NCBI GenBank assembly: GCA_000934665.2 | Contig: JYFJ02000499.1 | Coordinates: 1 to 64,000, forward strand | Length of the DNA: 64,000 bases | Reading direction: 5' to 3' | Origin: Catajapyx aquilonaris | Taxonomy: Eukaryota | In this document: positions 50,201 to 63,500 of the stretch, piece by piece | Layout: every line of letters starts with the position of its first letter | Position numbering within the stretch: the stretch's first letter is position 1 | The notes under the pieces: generated by a model | Seen by the model: the letters and a program-made list of their open reading frames with translations, nothing else | Told to the model about the DNA's origin: nothing | Database searches by the model: none | Program-made: the position numbers and the translations under genes

Positions 50201-53200
50201 AGAGAGTCGACCCGATTTTTGCGTCTCTCGTGACATGACGAACAGCCCCCGACGCAGATTACGGTAATTGCCAGAGCACACGCCACAGTTTTTGACGAAT
50301 TCTACTCTCCCCTTGATTTTAATCAGGCTGGCAAATGCAAAAATTGCGGGCTTATAACTTGACCAACTGTTCCTTTTTTTGAAAAAAAAACTCACTCTGC
50401 TGGCCCTGCGTTATATATAGGAATATCGCTAAAGCAATTTGGACCACATCTGTATCCTCTCCTCTTTTTTTTCCGGTCTTTCTACGGGCGTGTATCGAGT
50501 AAAAAAGATCCGGAGCATCGGTCTGGAAATTGCGAATCGGGGTCCAGCTTCCTCGGAATTGCTTATGGAAATGACCCGGAACCACAGCTTATTTATGGGT
50601 AAGCCGGCCCCCCCGGTCTTTGCACTTTTCATATACCCGCGAACACTATATGTCGACTTAACTCGGAGACTTACATGAGCATCGTCGTAACTTTGGGTCC
50701 CTCGGATTTGAACTGGGCTATCTCGTTGTAATTCGGCATCATCGTAACTTGCGGCCCATCCTCTTTTACTGCCTGAATATTGCTCTGCCAGGTTGCAATC
50801 AATTTTTTTGGTGGGGAAGCCATGTTTAGAAATTCAGGGGGAACTACCTATATTCTGTTAAAAACATGGCCACATTGTCGTTTTCCAGTAGTAAATTTGC
50901 AGCATCCTAATCTGGGACAGACGCCATCATCCCAATTGGAGCGCGTTGCGTCGCATTGTCTATTCTCCCACCTTTTCGCCCACCGACTTTTAATCTAATG
51001 CGATTTTACGCCCGCCTAATTTTTGCCCTCTCTCCTGTTGGCTAATGCCGTCACCTGAAATTGCGAATGACTTTTTTTTATATTCCAACTGCTGTATGAT
51101 GCGGGCTTGCACACGTCACAGTCGCCTAATGAAAACGTCGGCTCTGTTGTGGCAACCAGCTGGATACATTCTGACAAAAAAAGTCTCGATGTAAGAACCC
51201 GTGAAATGTGTCCTGAAACTGGAAGTTTCAAACATTTTTTTTAAAAAGCTTAGTGCTCCGTGACGGTTGGCATGAAAGTGGTAGTATGGTAAAATGACCA
51301 CCAATCCTCTGCTGCACCCCTCAAAACGGCCTAAACCACCGAGGCGGTCAAATGCCTTCTTATCTTTGGGAGGAGGGGGGGGGGGGTTGAATCTGGCTTC
51401 AGCACAGCCAGCCCCTGAGGAGAAAGACTTGTGCAGAGTTTCGCCAGGGCGCAGGGATTTGGAAAAGGTTTCGAGCCTTCTATCGGTCCCAGTACGACCC
51501 TCAACGCCTAACGCAGATTCACGGTCTTATAGGGCCCTGGGAAAAACGGCTTCCGGGGGCCACGGGATTCCGGATCATTCGAACCCATTTTAGAGGGTAA
51601 GGGTTATAAGCAGCCACGTTAAACTTGTGCTGTTCAGGTCCCCAAACATAATTATATAGGGAAACTTGCGCTATTGCGTTCAGAATTTAATGAGATTGAA
51701 AAAATAATGCACGTGGTCCACCTGCGGGCCATTCGTAAAGGAGCTGGGGCTCGCCTTTTCGCCGAAACTCGACGATAACTTATATTCAGCTAGAAAAAAA
51801 TTCGCCGAAAATCTACAAAAAGAATAAATTTGACAGCTTAATCCCTGGGTAAATTAACACTTTTCACTAACTGAAATTTTGAGAATTGGCTGCCAGATTC
51901 GATCCAATCACACTCAACGTCGCTATACACTGTATCCTCGGCGTAACTCTTCCTCCTGTCATATAACCACCCCTGATAAGAAGCCATATTCGTTGGAATG
52001 AACAAGGCTTCGGTCCGGATATCTTTTCCGGGTAGGGTCCAAGGGGGGGCTCCTGATCCGGGGCCAAATATCATCATCCTTCATTGGTGCTGTCCGTATC
52101 CCTGGCAGATAGTCGGCGTTCCGGAGATGCCACTCGGCGCTGGGGCAGGACACTTTTCCTGGAAGGGGAAATGGGAGGGAATCGATCCCGGTTTGCTTCA
52201 GAAGGAATGGCGCCTGCCGAAAATTGGGCAAGTGAAGGGCGGCCTTGTCCTTTGTTGTCGTCGTGTGTGTGTGTGTGTCTGTATATACGACGAGTGACGT
52301 GGACAGGCTGCCAGAGACATGCATCTGAGGAGAGGGGAGTTGGGGGGGAGGGTCTCAGCTGGGCAGACCCTTTATCACAAACTTCTTTATCCGGGATGTC
52401 ACTTCTTACATCCAGAACTGGGATGACAACGCCCGGGTTGAAAGAAGAAAGGAAAAATACGGGGAAGGGGGAAAAAAAAAGAAGGGGTGGCGGATATCAG
52501 TCATAAAGGAACTGGGAGGGGTTATGGGCAGGAAATTATGGAAATATTGGAGGAAAATTTACTTTTCGAGGAACGGTAACGAATTCCTACCCGGGATGAA
52601 ATATTGCGTTATATTTTTAGGAAACTCCTTTTTTGGGTTAAAGTGAATGAGCGAGGGAGAGGTTTTTCTGTCTCTCGCTGTGCTTGAACATGTTCGTGCT
52701 AATTTTGCCAGAAAGCGAGGATGATTTTTCATTGTTATAAATTGGGGAATTTTCCGGAAAGAAAACATGCACTACATAATAATAAAATGGAAACGTCCCT
52801 AATAAAATATTGCAATAGTTAGTGTATAAATATGCCAGATTATCTCTTGGAGTTCATGCTTATGCAATATCAACGGAAATGTCCATTTGCATAAAGGTGG
52901 ATTGTTGGAGCTGTTTATTAACTATATAATATTATTTCAAATGTAAAACTATAGCCTGTTCAAATACAAAAATTGTGTCAATGCATAATATACAACATAC
53001 CCAAGTGTGTCATTTATTTTTGTAATATATTGTATGATATATGAACGTGTTCGGCAAGACTTTGTCACATTTTTTGGCATTTGCACAGTTTTTCTACCTA
53101 AGGCAAACATGCAATTTACAGTTTTATGATTTGACTGATGCATATGTAAAACATTGTTATTTTTGCTCTACGCAAATATTTACACAACAGCAACGAATTC

Positions 53201-56200
53201 CAAAAATGAAAGATTGTGCTACATTTTATGCTATTCTTTTTTTTCTGACAATGAACAAGGCGAGCCTTTTCCCCCTCGGCCCTGCGTGCTATGCTTGAAA
53301 TACGCACACAATTCTGCTTCACTAGAGTGAAAACGTGCTGTAAACAAAAGGTTTCAAAGCATATAAAATTACCTGCAATAGGTTCAAATGTACCGTACCG
53401 TACAACAAAGCATGTCTACGTGTAGGCCTACAAAACGACATGACTATATTTTATGTCGCTTTTCGACCTGTACCCATCAATCAGCTTGGAAAGCCTTTCC
53501 AAACTATATCCACAACACATCCACAAGGTCTCTGAAAGTATTGGAAAAACTGAGGCCAGCGTGATGACGTGCGCCCTTAAGTTAGGCCACCTGGCGCACA
53601 AGAGAGTCGCAAGGGTTGCGTTCAAATGTCAGGATAAAGAAAACGTCCACTTTGTACAGGGTGAATAACAGTGGCCATAATGAATACAGATGTGTTAACT
53701 TTGCCCCCGCCCGTTTAAAGGGCTAATTTGGGCTCGACGGGTAAGCACCGTATATCGCCTGGCAGTAGTTAAAACGCCAGGGTTCGACGATAGAGAAATG
53801 GAGGTTTGCGAAAACCTAACTTCCTCGCAAGTGGATATGGGGAGCGGATATTGGCAGTTCGGGACCGTAAAAACTTGGGGCCTGGGCCCGTAAGTCACTA
53901 GTTGGGCCCCCCCCGTCTTTTCCCCCAAAAGCCGTTCCATCAACTTGTGAACTTTGAAGATAGTTGGTTATAAGTTTCAGTACGGTTGCGGACTGAGTTA
54001 GCACCTTTTAACCCGAGAGGAAATAGACCCGGAGGCTTGTCCGGGGCCCTTCGGAACACTCTATTCCGGTGGGAGAGAGGGCTCAACATTTCATTCCCAA
54101 ACTCTGGGTCCCGGATATTTTATTGCCACAATTCCTAACTGTTGGAGAACTGTGCTATACAGGATGACACCCACACCAAAGAAAAAGTTGTGGCGGCATT
54201 ACTTGTCGACGGATTGACCGAGTTACAATCAACAACTAAACAATATTGCAAGTTTCTGCCAAAGTTAACTCAATTCGCATGAAAAACCCTAAATGCGGCC
54301 GTATCCTGAGCGGATTTAGCCAATCAAGTTTCGCAAATTGAGCTATTGTACACCGGGAGTGTGGCAAGTTTTGTACAGTTAGGGTTTTGAGAGTTCCTTA
54401 ACCGCTACTCATCAGTTGGAGAGAGGGAAGCTGAGGGGAGGTGGGATTGGTCTGAAGACATTTTCCAGTCGAGAAATCTGAAGAGCCCAGGTGGGATGAG
54501 GTGGTATTTGAGGCCGGAGAAACTCAGTCCCGACCATCTCCGGATTAATTAAGGGTGGTACTTGCACAATGTAGGCTGTAAATCCGGACACACACACTCT
54601 CTCTCTCTTTCCGATTAGAACCGCGGAGTTCTGATGGAATTCATTATCGTTGGCTTGAATGTGCTTCACTGGAAGGGGCACAAGAAGGTTCCGTAGTTTT
54701 GAGGTCACGCCTCCGGATAAAACCATCTGAAAGGGTCGGGGGGGGGGGTCCTAATGCAAAGATTTGGTTCTAGGGTGAGTTCGATTTTACTAATTGCCTT
54801 TCGCTTTAGTAAGCATAGCAGCGTTCGAAGCCCCCTTTGAAAAGAGAGCTAATAACTTTTGATTGATTGGATGGCTTGGGAAGGAAGGAAAAGAGAGCGA
54901 GAGAGAGGTTTTCCGGTGGGACCCAAAATGCGGAACTGACTTGGGGATTGGATCTGGCCATTAGGCTAATTCCGCATCTCTTGTCCACCGGCAGCGATAA
55001 TTTGCTTATCGGATGTGGGGTTGCGGTATAATATAATAATAAAATGCCAGTCGCTTTGAGAGAGGCGGAGTATTGTGAGTTGCAGGCCAGAGTTTTTGAG
55101 ATGCCCCCCCCCCCCAACTCTCTACCCGCAGTTTCAACCCCCCCTCCTCTTGACTTCTTGCATACGTAAGGAGACGCGATATTGGGAGGGGAACACCGGC
55201 TGCTGCTGGAGTAATACCCAGCTCTGCAAAGAATCCATATGCACGAGGCTGCCATGATATTAAAAGTCTTGGTTCAAAACCCCGCCCAACCCTCGTATAT
55301 TAACCCTTTAGGTGGAACCCGCCTGCCTTGCTCCATCGTATATATCAGTATTTGCACACTACAGGGCGGTTTAACCGCTGCTGATGGAGGCTCCGATCCA
55401 CAGGGTGGATTGTCTCATTGAATTGCCAGAATTACCAAAATTGGTAGACTTCGAATTTCTTTAATGGTGTCTGCCTGTTGGCAGACAAAGCATACTTTCC
55501 TGTAGAGAAACAGTTCAGCTATACATAGCTTTTTTAATAAAACAGTAACGTCATGTACAGCACACAAGCGTATATGAGAGTCGAATTTGCGCATACAGTT
55601 CTTGCATAATTATCAGCATACTTACGAACCACCATGAATAGATGGAACTCTCTCGCCCTTGTTTTATTTATAGAGGAAAATAATAGCAGCGATATGAAAA
55701 TGAGAAGCAACTTCTAGATACTTCACGTAGCTCCATTAAGGTCATCAAAACAACCTTGTGATCCTCAGCCAATAATAACAGAGTCGAAATAAACATAGAA
55801 CTGACCTACCACATTTTTAGTGTCGTTGCCACTCTTGTGTCCACACTTTTGGCTCAACTTGCCAGTCGATTCTTCCTCATCGCTGGACATTTTGGCGATT
55901 AAACTCAACTTTTATTCAATCCGATGCCTCTCCCTGCACCAAGTCTTATCGTCTCTCCCCCCAGTTAGGCTGGCTTGTAACAAAGGGTATGATGATAAGA
56001 AATCTTTTTGTTTCCGGGCCTCCCCCCTCTAAATACTAGGAAAGGGGTAGGAAGAGAGTGGTTTATTATCAGGAAAGGGGGGATGTCGGAGGGACGGACA
56101 GGGCTTTGAGGACAATGGCGTGGATTTTACAGCTCTCCGGATGCTGCTAGAGGGGGGGGGGAGGGTTTCTGCTCTTTAATCTGGTAAAAGGATACGTGGA

Positions 56201-57490
56201 GGTATTAACTTAGGTGCAAATGGGCGCCTGGGAATTCGAGTCCTCCGCCTTTTGTGGCCGCCTTTAAAGCCCTCTTTGCGGACGACAATGCTGCTATACT
56301 AATGCTGCAAGTACAGGGCGGCGCACAGCTCAGGTGCACTGTTCAATAGGAGAAAATGTGAATTGTTAATCTCCAGATCGGCCAACAATCACCGAACTGC
56401 TTTTTCAAATAATTAATGATGATTATGTTCAACTCGTTGAAGGTACACAGTCTACAACTTGTCCTACTCTGGTACAGTGTTGACTAGAGCAGTGCACCAC
56501 CCTGTTTACACCAGGGAGGATGGCGCAAATTGACCATGTGCACCAAGTACCGGTTTTTGGCAATTATGCTGCTCCGAAACGCATTTTCTCAATGATGAAT
56601 TTTGGCGATTGCGGCGCATTAATTCGCTCGGAATGGGGCCGTTAAAGGGTATTAAACCGGCCACAAACGGCTGTAAATGTTTTTCTTTGGTTATCCAGAT
56701 TTGGGCGCTAAACAACACTTTGTGGCCATACCTTCCAAAAAAAAATGTGTGCATACAGGGTGAATCCCAGACTGTATAAACTCTAATGAGTAAAAGTACT
56801 ACTTTATTGCGACACACCTTGTATGGCAGTGTTCTTGAGTTAATGCGGATGAGGTGTGGAGCGTTAATTCGTCATTCCGGAGCTTGAGTGCAGGGCGGCC
56901 GCATCAGCCGAACAATCCCCGTAAAATCCTAATTAGCATTGTTAATAGTAGAAATATCGTCAGATAATCGGCAGGCAGTGGCAGGCATGAAGAGAGTGCA
57001 TGGATTTTACATCCTATACAGTGATCACTCTCATCTTTATTTAAGGAACCAAATTGGCCAGATTTGGAATGTTTCGCATTTTTTTTGCACACAAAAACAA
57101 ATCTGCCAATTTTAGGGATTCGTGTATACTTCCGCTTATTGATCCCTTGGAATTCTCTGGCTTGGCTTCTACCCCTTCCCCGCGAAACTTGGCCAACATT
57201 GGTCTAGACTTGGCGTTGCTTATGCGGAGGCGGCGGAAATCAAACAAGCCGACGCGATAATTCGCGATATTCCGGGGGGAATCCGGAGCCCACAAGTAGC
57301 ACCGGGCACAGGGAAAGGGGGAACTGCTGCTTGGGAAAAGCTGGAGATGGGAAAGTTTGCAGATTCAATCTGAGGAAAGGGAAGGGAGCTTTTCCTGCAT
57401 CAGTTTAAACCTTCAGTTAGTGCAGTTATTGGCTGCTAATATTGCGATTGAAATTGTTTACCTTGTATGCAAAGTAGGTCATGTCACGGG

Positions 57491-57526
57491 TTTTTTTTCA
57501 CTTCTTTTTCTTCTTTGCAGGTAAGC
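57491..57526 (+). other. Candidate recursive splice site (ratchet point), junction 57520/57521
   Basis: ttttttttcacttctttttcttctttgCAG|GTAAGC: 26-nt almost pure pyrimidine tract, with the acceptor abutting a strong donor. The downstream phase-1 frame reaches TAG after 17 codons and is not LDLa-like. Confidence 0.7.
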
Positions 57527-60500
57527 CGCTTCATCTGTTCCTGTCAGCAAAAAGGGTCGTGCTTCTGGTGTAGCAACAATAACCACCTGTGGGGTAGACC
57601 TCGGAGCAGGTATTTTCGCATGAATCTGCGGCGGCGAAGGCTGCAGCAATTTTTGCAGGAAAAACGTCAGACGCAGGGATTGGCATTATATACACTTTTT
57701 TTTGCGAAACTGTGGGTTTGCTACTGGTTGGATAGAAAAGCCTGTATTTTTTTTGCGAGACGCGTGTCCGGGACAAAAAAATAAGCGAGAAGTGTATAAG
57801 GTTTTTTTTTTTCTTCTGTGAGCTGTCAGCACTCTTCACCACACGCTGCTCTTTGAGCGGGTTCGATCGGCTTGACTTTTCTCTAGAGATTTTGTTGGTT
57901 TGAGGGGGAGGGGGAGATGCTGCAGACAGGTCTCGTTTTGCGACTCATACTGACGTGGATTATGTGCCCTTTTTCCTATCGAAGTGACACACTTCAAGCT
58001 GCTGTATATACGATATATATTTTTTATACGTCCAGGTTATAGATATCGAGCATAAAATGGCAGGCCTGAGGGCGGAAGCCACAATCTTGGCGACTATAGG
58101 CTTTTATGTTAGACAAACTCTAATCTCGTAACAGTATAGCTCCTGGCAAACTAATAGCTCAAGTAATGGCACGAAGAATCTGTGATGTACTTGTAGGAGC
58201 CAGAACATACAGGTTGCCAAGTCCTTCACACCCAGACTGTAACGGGCGCATAAACTTGGGCCCCCTTTTTTGGCCACGATGCTTGGGATGGCCGAGATTA
58301 GGTGGCCATTTTAACATGGTGGAAAATAACTCGTTTGATGTGTGCTTCGTCTGTTAAGGACATGATCGTTAAAGGGGTGGGCGCCAGAAAAAGAGTGCGG
58401 ATGATAGGTGGTGCGGCACAATTTCCTTTTGATGACGGGTGCCAACCACTCTGGAGATGTTTGCATTAGAGTTGGAAGCAAACTGAAGGCTTCCTCCTTT
58501 AGTGGGTTTGGTCCAGATGCATTTTGGCCACTGGCTATATGGTCTGAGGGGAGGCTGGGACGAGTTTACATGGCAAACTTTCCACCCCTCTTTTATTGAT
58601 TTCATTGCAGATCTGGCTCTCTCTCTCTGTGCCCCCCCATGTATATATATACCCTCACATATAGGACGCATATTTTCACATCAGATAACACGCACATCGC
58701 ATAAACGTAGCACTTGTGGCCACTTTACCTCGTGTTATCTCCCGCTCTGAATTGGCGGGGTTGCCAGTTCGTTCTGTATGCTGATGCTTGGTTAGCAGCC
58801 CCAGTAATTATTAGCCACGTGTTTATGAAGTGTTTACCGCAATAACACCCCTGACGTCACCTTATGCCAGATTTGGAGCATACTGGTGGTAAAACATGTT
58901 TGCCAGATAAATTAATACCAGCCGGTGTTTCATCTCAACTGACAACATTTAAGAGCAAGTTTCATCAAAATTCATATCAGATCATTGTATAGGATTATTA
59001 TTTATATGCTAAATAATCTCGAAAAATGCAGTTTTTTTCCCCTCACCCGCGGTGTAGCCGTCAACTTGGATATTAGTAGTTAATATTCTTGCTTCATCTC
59101 CCAAGAGTAATTGCTCCGAAAGTATTAAGCAGCTTAGTGGCAATGTTTCTCCAACTACTTTGGGGCGCAGTGCATTGTAATAAATCATCCCACCGGCAAA
59201 CTGGTTTCACCACCTATTTTGCTCCAGCGGACACCATTGATTGCTCTTGCATTTCACGCGCGTTTTAGTTGGGAAAGGGGGAGATAGGATGAGAGGGGGG
59301 GGGGGGACATGTTTTAACAAAATATTTAATAACCCGGGGTGATGAAAAGGTCGGCACGTGACGACTTGACTTCCTCGTCACGTCTCTCCAGTTTTCATCC
59401 GTCCCCTTTTCCCCACCCTTGTCAGGTCAGAACTTTTTGTTTGACACCCTGGGTTTTTGGAAGGGGCCGTTGGTTGGATTGGGGGGAGGCTGGATATATG
59501 CCGAGGATATATCGTCGTGGACCAGGGGTAGATGGGGGGAGGTTGAACCGCGTTGAGGCCAATATTGGAAGGGGTCAAAAAGCTGAGGCATGGGCGCGGT
59601 TCTTGCTTTTCTGGCAGCGTAGTAACGCAGGGGATCAATAACTGCGTGAAAACGGATGCTGCTGCTGGAGCCGAGAGAGAAAGAGGAGGCTTCATGCCCC
59701 CCCGGAACATCAAGAAGCACGCTCTTTCGCCTGCCGCCAGTACAGAAAAAAAAGGCTCCAGTGCACTTGGACGCCGATGAATCGCGCCTTGTGGTCACAA
59801 TTGGAAGAGAGAGGGAGTGGAAAAAAGCACCTTTTGAGCCGCGTGACGTCACACCCCCTACCCCATGTCACGGTCTGTCACGTTGACTTAAACACCCCCA
59901 ATTCCACCGTGTTCTTTGATATATACGAATCATGTTTGGGAGTAAACATGAGCATGTGCTAGTACTGCACTGTATATGCCGCGGGCTTAGAACTGCGCTG
60001 AAACTAATTGCCCTTGCTGGTACTACACCTCTGCCAGCGAGAGGGCTTGACCCGAGTGAGAAAACAAACGCGCCCGGTTCGAACAGACTATGTAGCAATT
60101 CATAATAAATGCGTTAACTCACCAACCCGGGCAGATAGAGTGGGAAAATAATTATATTACACGTGAACAAACCGGCTCTCCAAAAAATAGCGATTTTTTT
60201 GGGGGTAATAATAATTTAATCATTTTCCAGTCCACGTCATTGCAGTATTTCCAATAATGTATATCAATATAGTTACTGATATCAGTATCAGTTGTGCACA
60301 GGCTGTTTGAATGACCATGTGACATTATTGTTAATCAGTGATGACAGAGGTTAATTTCTCAACATTGGTGTGAGGTGTCTGGGTCAAATTTTTTCTCTCT
60401 CTTTCATGTGTGCAGTCTCAGTCATGATTGTTTATTACGACGTCATGTAATACCCAAAAGCGTTACGTCTTGACATTATGTAGTATGAACATGGCCTGAC

Positions 60501-63500
60501 CAGTGGACTTTTTACCTATAGTAAAAAAAGGGGGGCGAGAGAGCAAAGTGCGCAGGTTTTAGCTTGGCGTATACACAAACCGCAACCGAAAGAGAATTCG
60601 GGAGAAAATCTCCACTTGATGGATTTCGCCAGAATGTAAATGAAGTTCCCTAACTAGAATTCAAACTTTTCTGATGGACTTCTGGATATTTGACTTGCAC
60701 AAAGTTCGGCAGTAGTTTGCATGCAAATTGAATACGCACCAAAGGTGTATAGTCCAAATGCAAAGTATTTCTTCCCGTATTTTTTTTTCTGTTTCCACCT
60801 CTCCACCTATAGCAACTTAATTATGGACGTGTGTACGGACCACCACTACAAACGACCTCTTAATTTGCTCCACATCCACTGTCCGGATTTATAGGCCTGA
60901 AATAGATAGAGTACACCGAGAGCTGTGTATGAAAGGAGCTAGAAATCTTGGCCAATGAACCCTCACTCCTCTGCTGCAGTGTTTCGAATTCGTATCACGC
61001 CAGCCTTTTTGGGACACGTGCTCTAGCGGGTGCCAGCTGTACACGACCAGAACTGATTGCACCGACTGCTGTTTGAGCCCAGGGAGAGAGAGAAAAAAAA
61101 GCCTTAAGGGAGTGTGTCTCAAAGTCCGGAGTGTGTAGGAATTAATTGCTGAACTTGAGGATCCGACTGTTATTTGTATTATTGTGGGGCGTTTCAGCTG
61201 TAATTAAGCCTGACCTCTTAGGTGGTAATTGCTTATCGGCAGGTGCTAATTAGTGTTAGCAGATATGCTAATTTCAAGCCATCAGTACATTTCTGTCTGT
61301 ATATAGGCTTGTCTGCTGTGTCTGGGAAAAGGAACCTGATCGAATTAGGTCGTGAAACAGAGGCTTAGCTGGCAGCCGGTGATGCCCTTTCCCAAATCGA
61401 ATCCGGAGTCTCCATCATCGGGGCTTGTAGTTTGATTAGGCCCGGAGCTGCATCCGCGGATGAGGGCTTAGGTATTGGAGGCTTCTTCACCCAAGGTCGC
61501 ACCTAAGTGCAGTTCGGGATCCGGCCAGAATTTCTGCCCACCCGGAGATCCGGGTCAGGGAGAAAAGAGATGGAAACATTACCCAGGGGCCCCCCACGAA
61601 AGGAATCCGAGCTCTCCCCTGAAATTGTTCCCCAAGATGGCCCCCACTGTCCGAGAGAGAAGCTCTAATCCAACCGGATCCGGAATTGAAGGGAGCCCGG
61701 AAAATGGCCATTTTCGGCCCTTGACCGGGTATAATGGGCGCGCTTGTTTTCTGATGCAACGTTTGCCATCATTCAGGCGTCGGGTTGAATGGCATCGGCC
61801 CTCCCTTAATCGCACTAGCCAAGAAGTGCGGCACAAAATGTCTCCATCAGCATAAAAGTAGTTGGAGCAACGCGGAGCTCCGGGATAGCTTCACTCAACA
61901 CTCTGCTCCTTTTTTGGGGGGTGGTCCTTCCGATAAGCGCCTGCTCTAAAGATGGAAGTTTGGTCGTTGCGCAGCACGGAACAGCATTTCGCACGAGGAG
62001 GGCTAACGCCAAGTTGGAGACATCAAATCGTATGGTTTTTGTGTGGGCGAAGGGAAAAAAGAGAAAAGAAAAAAAGGCATGTTCGGTGCTTGACGAGATG
62101 CACATTACATGGAATGTGCACTACCAGCCAAATAAAAAATATTACTGCAGCAGTTGCGAGTGTGTAAATCGCATCTGCAAGTCCAAATAATAATTGCAAT
62201 GAAAGTGATGGCCTTTTGAAGCTGTTTATGTCTATTACAGTAGGCTATCAGTGACTTGCTTGTTGACTCAAAAAGTTTAATTCCGCATACCCACCAATTT
62301 TGTGCTGGACTTGTGCCCTTGGTATACATGTTGGTTCAAGCAGTTATTAACCCGAACTGATGGAAAGTGAAAGGTGCAAGGTTATTCCAACCTTCGCATG
62401 ACAGTTTCAAACTCGGAATTTCATCATTCTAGTGACAGGTTTATAATGTCGACCACCCTAATTTAACTAATTCGTCGGTTCAGCGCGCAGCGCTAGTTAA
62501 ATTAGATTTGGACTTGATTATGTATCCTTTGATATAATTAATAATGCAAAATTAGTAATGATGTGCCTTTAATAACAATAATAATCAAAATAATAATAAC
62601 GGATTAGCTATCAATATGCAATGATGATCATTATGTAATTTTTGGCGGGTGGAATATGATACCCCTACATGCTATTGAATCTCCTCAGTTAAGTCAAAAT
62701 CAATTGGTACAATAATGTGGATTTTCCCTAATATCTTTTAGAGGATTTCAGACACATTGGTACCGTATACCTGAGGACATGTCGAGCATACTTACTCCAA
62801 ACCACTTGCTAACGCTGCAACGCTCATGTAAATTGCAACCAAAGTCCTTCACTTCTAATGCAATCCCCATTCGTCCCCGTTTAATTTTCGAGCAATTAGG
62901 GCTTTAAAAAATAAGTGGGGGGAAATAAGCGGAAGGCCCTTTAAAAAAAATAGCAGCACCTGTTTCCAAATGTTTTTCCAGGCTGCGTTTAATATCCATG
63001 AAAGGGGGCGGAATCAAGCCCAGCAGCCCAGAATATTCAGTTGACAGTGATCATTAAGTGGAGGGAGGGGGGGGGGGGGNGGGCTCTGTTGTTTTTTGGG
63101 AGTGTGGGCGCAGCCGTCTTTTATTAGACTCCTACCCATGCACCTCACCCTATACTTTTCCATCTCCTCTGGGAATATATAGGAGCCCACTTTCCACTCC
63201 GGGAAACTCGTCAGCTGAACCGAAAAGCGCGCCTGTTTCATATTTAAATAGCTCGCGAAGGAAAACGAGTGTGAAAAATGAGGCATTAGCCGGACTGCGC
63301 ACAGTATAATCCCTTTTCTCATCTGGTGAGTCGTGGCGCGGGAAAAGAAAAATGTGTGTGTATATAAAAGAGAAGAACTCTCGTCTCCAGCAAGTGGAGC
63401 ATTTGCTCAAGCGATTTTCTGATGAGGATCAACTATTTATCCGCCAGCAAGATCTGGCCATTTAGGCTCCCACCTGCTCCTAAGAGAGGCTGCATGGAGA

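Noticed and set aside
56684..56695. TCTTTGGTTATC, identical to the first 12 nt of miR-9
   Set aside because: The rest of the mature sequence diverges and no complementary star arm forms a hairpin.
343..60728. Frequent octamer motif ATGCAAAT/ATTTGCAT (about 14 by eye)
   Set aside because: Dispersed rather than clustered, and TGCA/AAT words are generally common here; it needs a proper background model.
62458..62505. 12-bp AT-rich inverted repeat, and similar 14-bp palindromes at 22799 and 60274
   Set aside because: Within chance expectation for 64 kb.
63080..63080. Ambiguous base n
   Set aside because: Assembly ambiguity within a poly-G run, not biology.
415..63410. The many 60-182 aa ORFs of the six-frame track as genes (including 49291-49839, 30803-31162, 27826-28233, 39918-40232)
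   Set aside because: No recognisable domain, many have TTG/GTG starts, they overlap on both strands and translate homopolymers or microsatellites. Their lengths are what non-coding DNA produces by chance.
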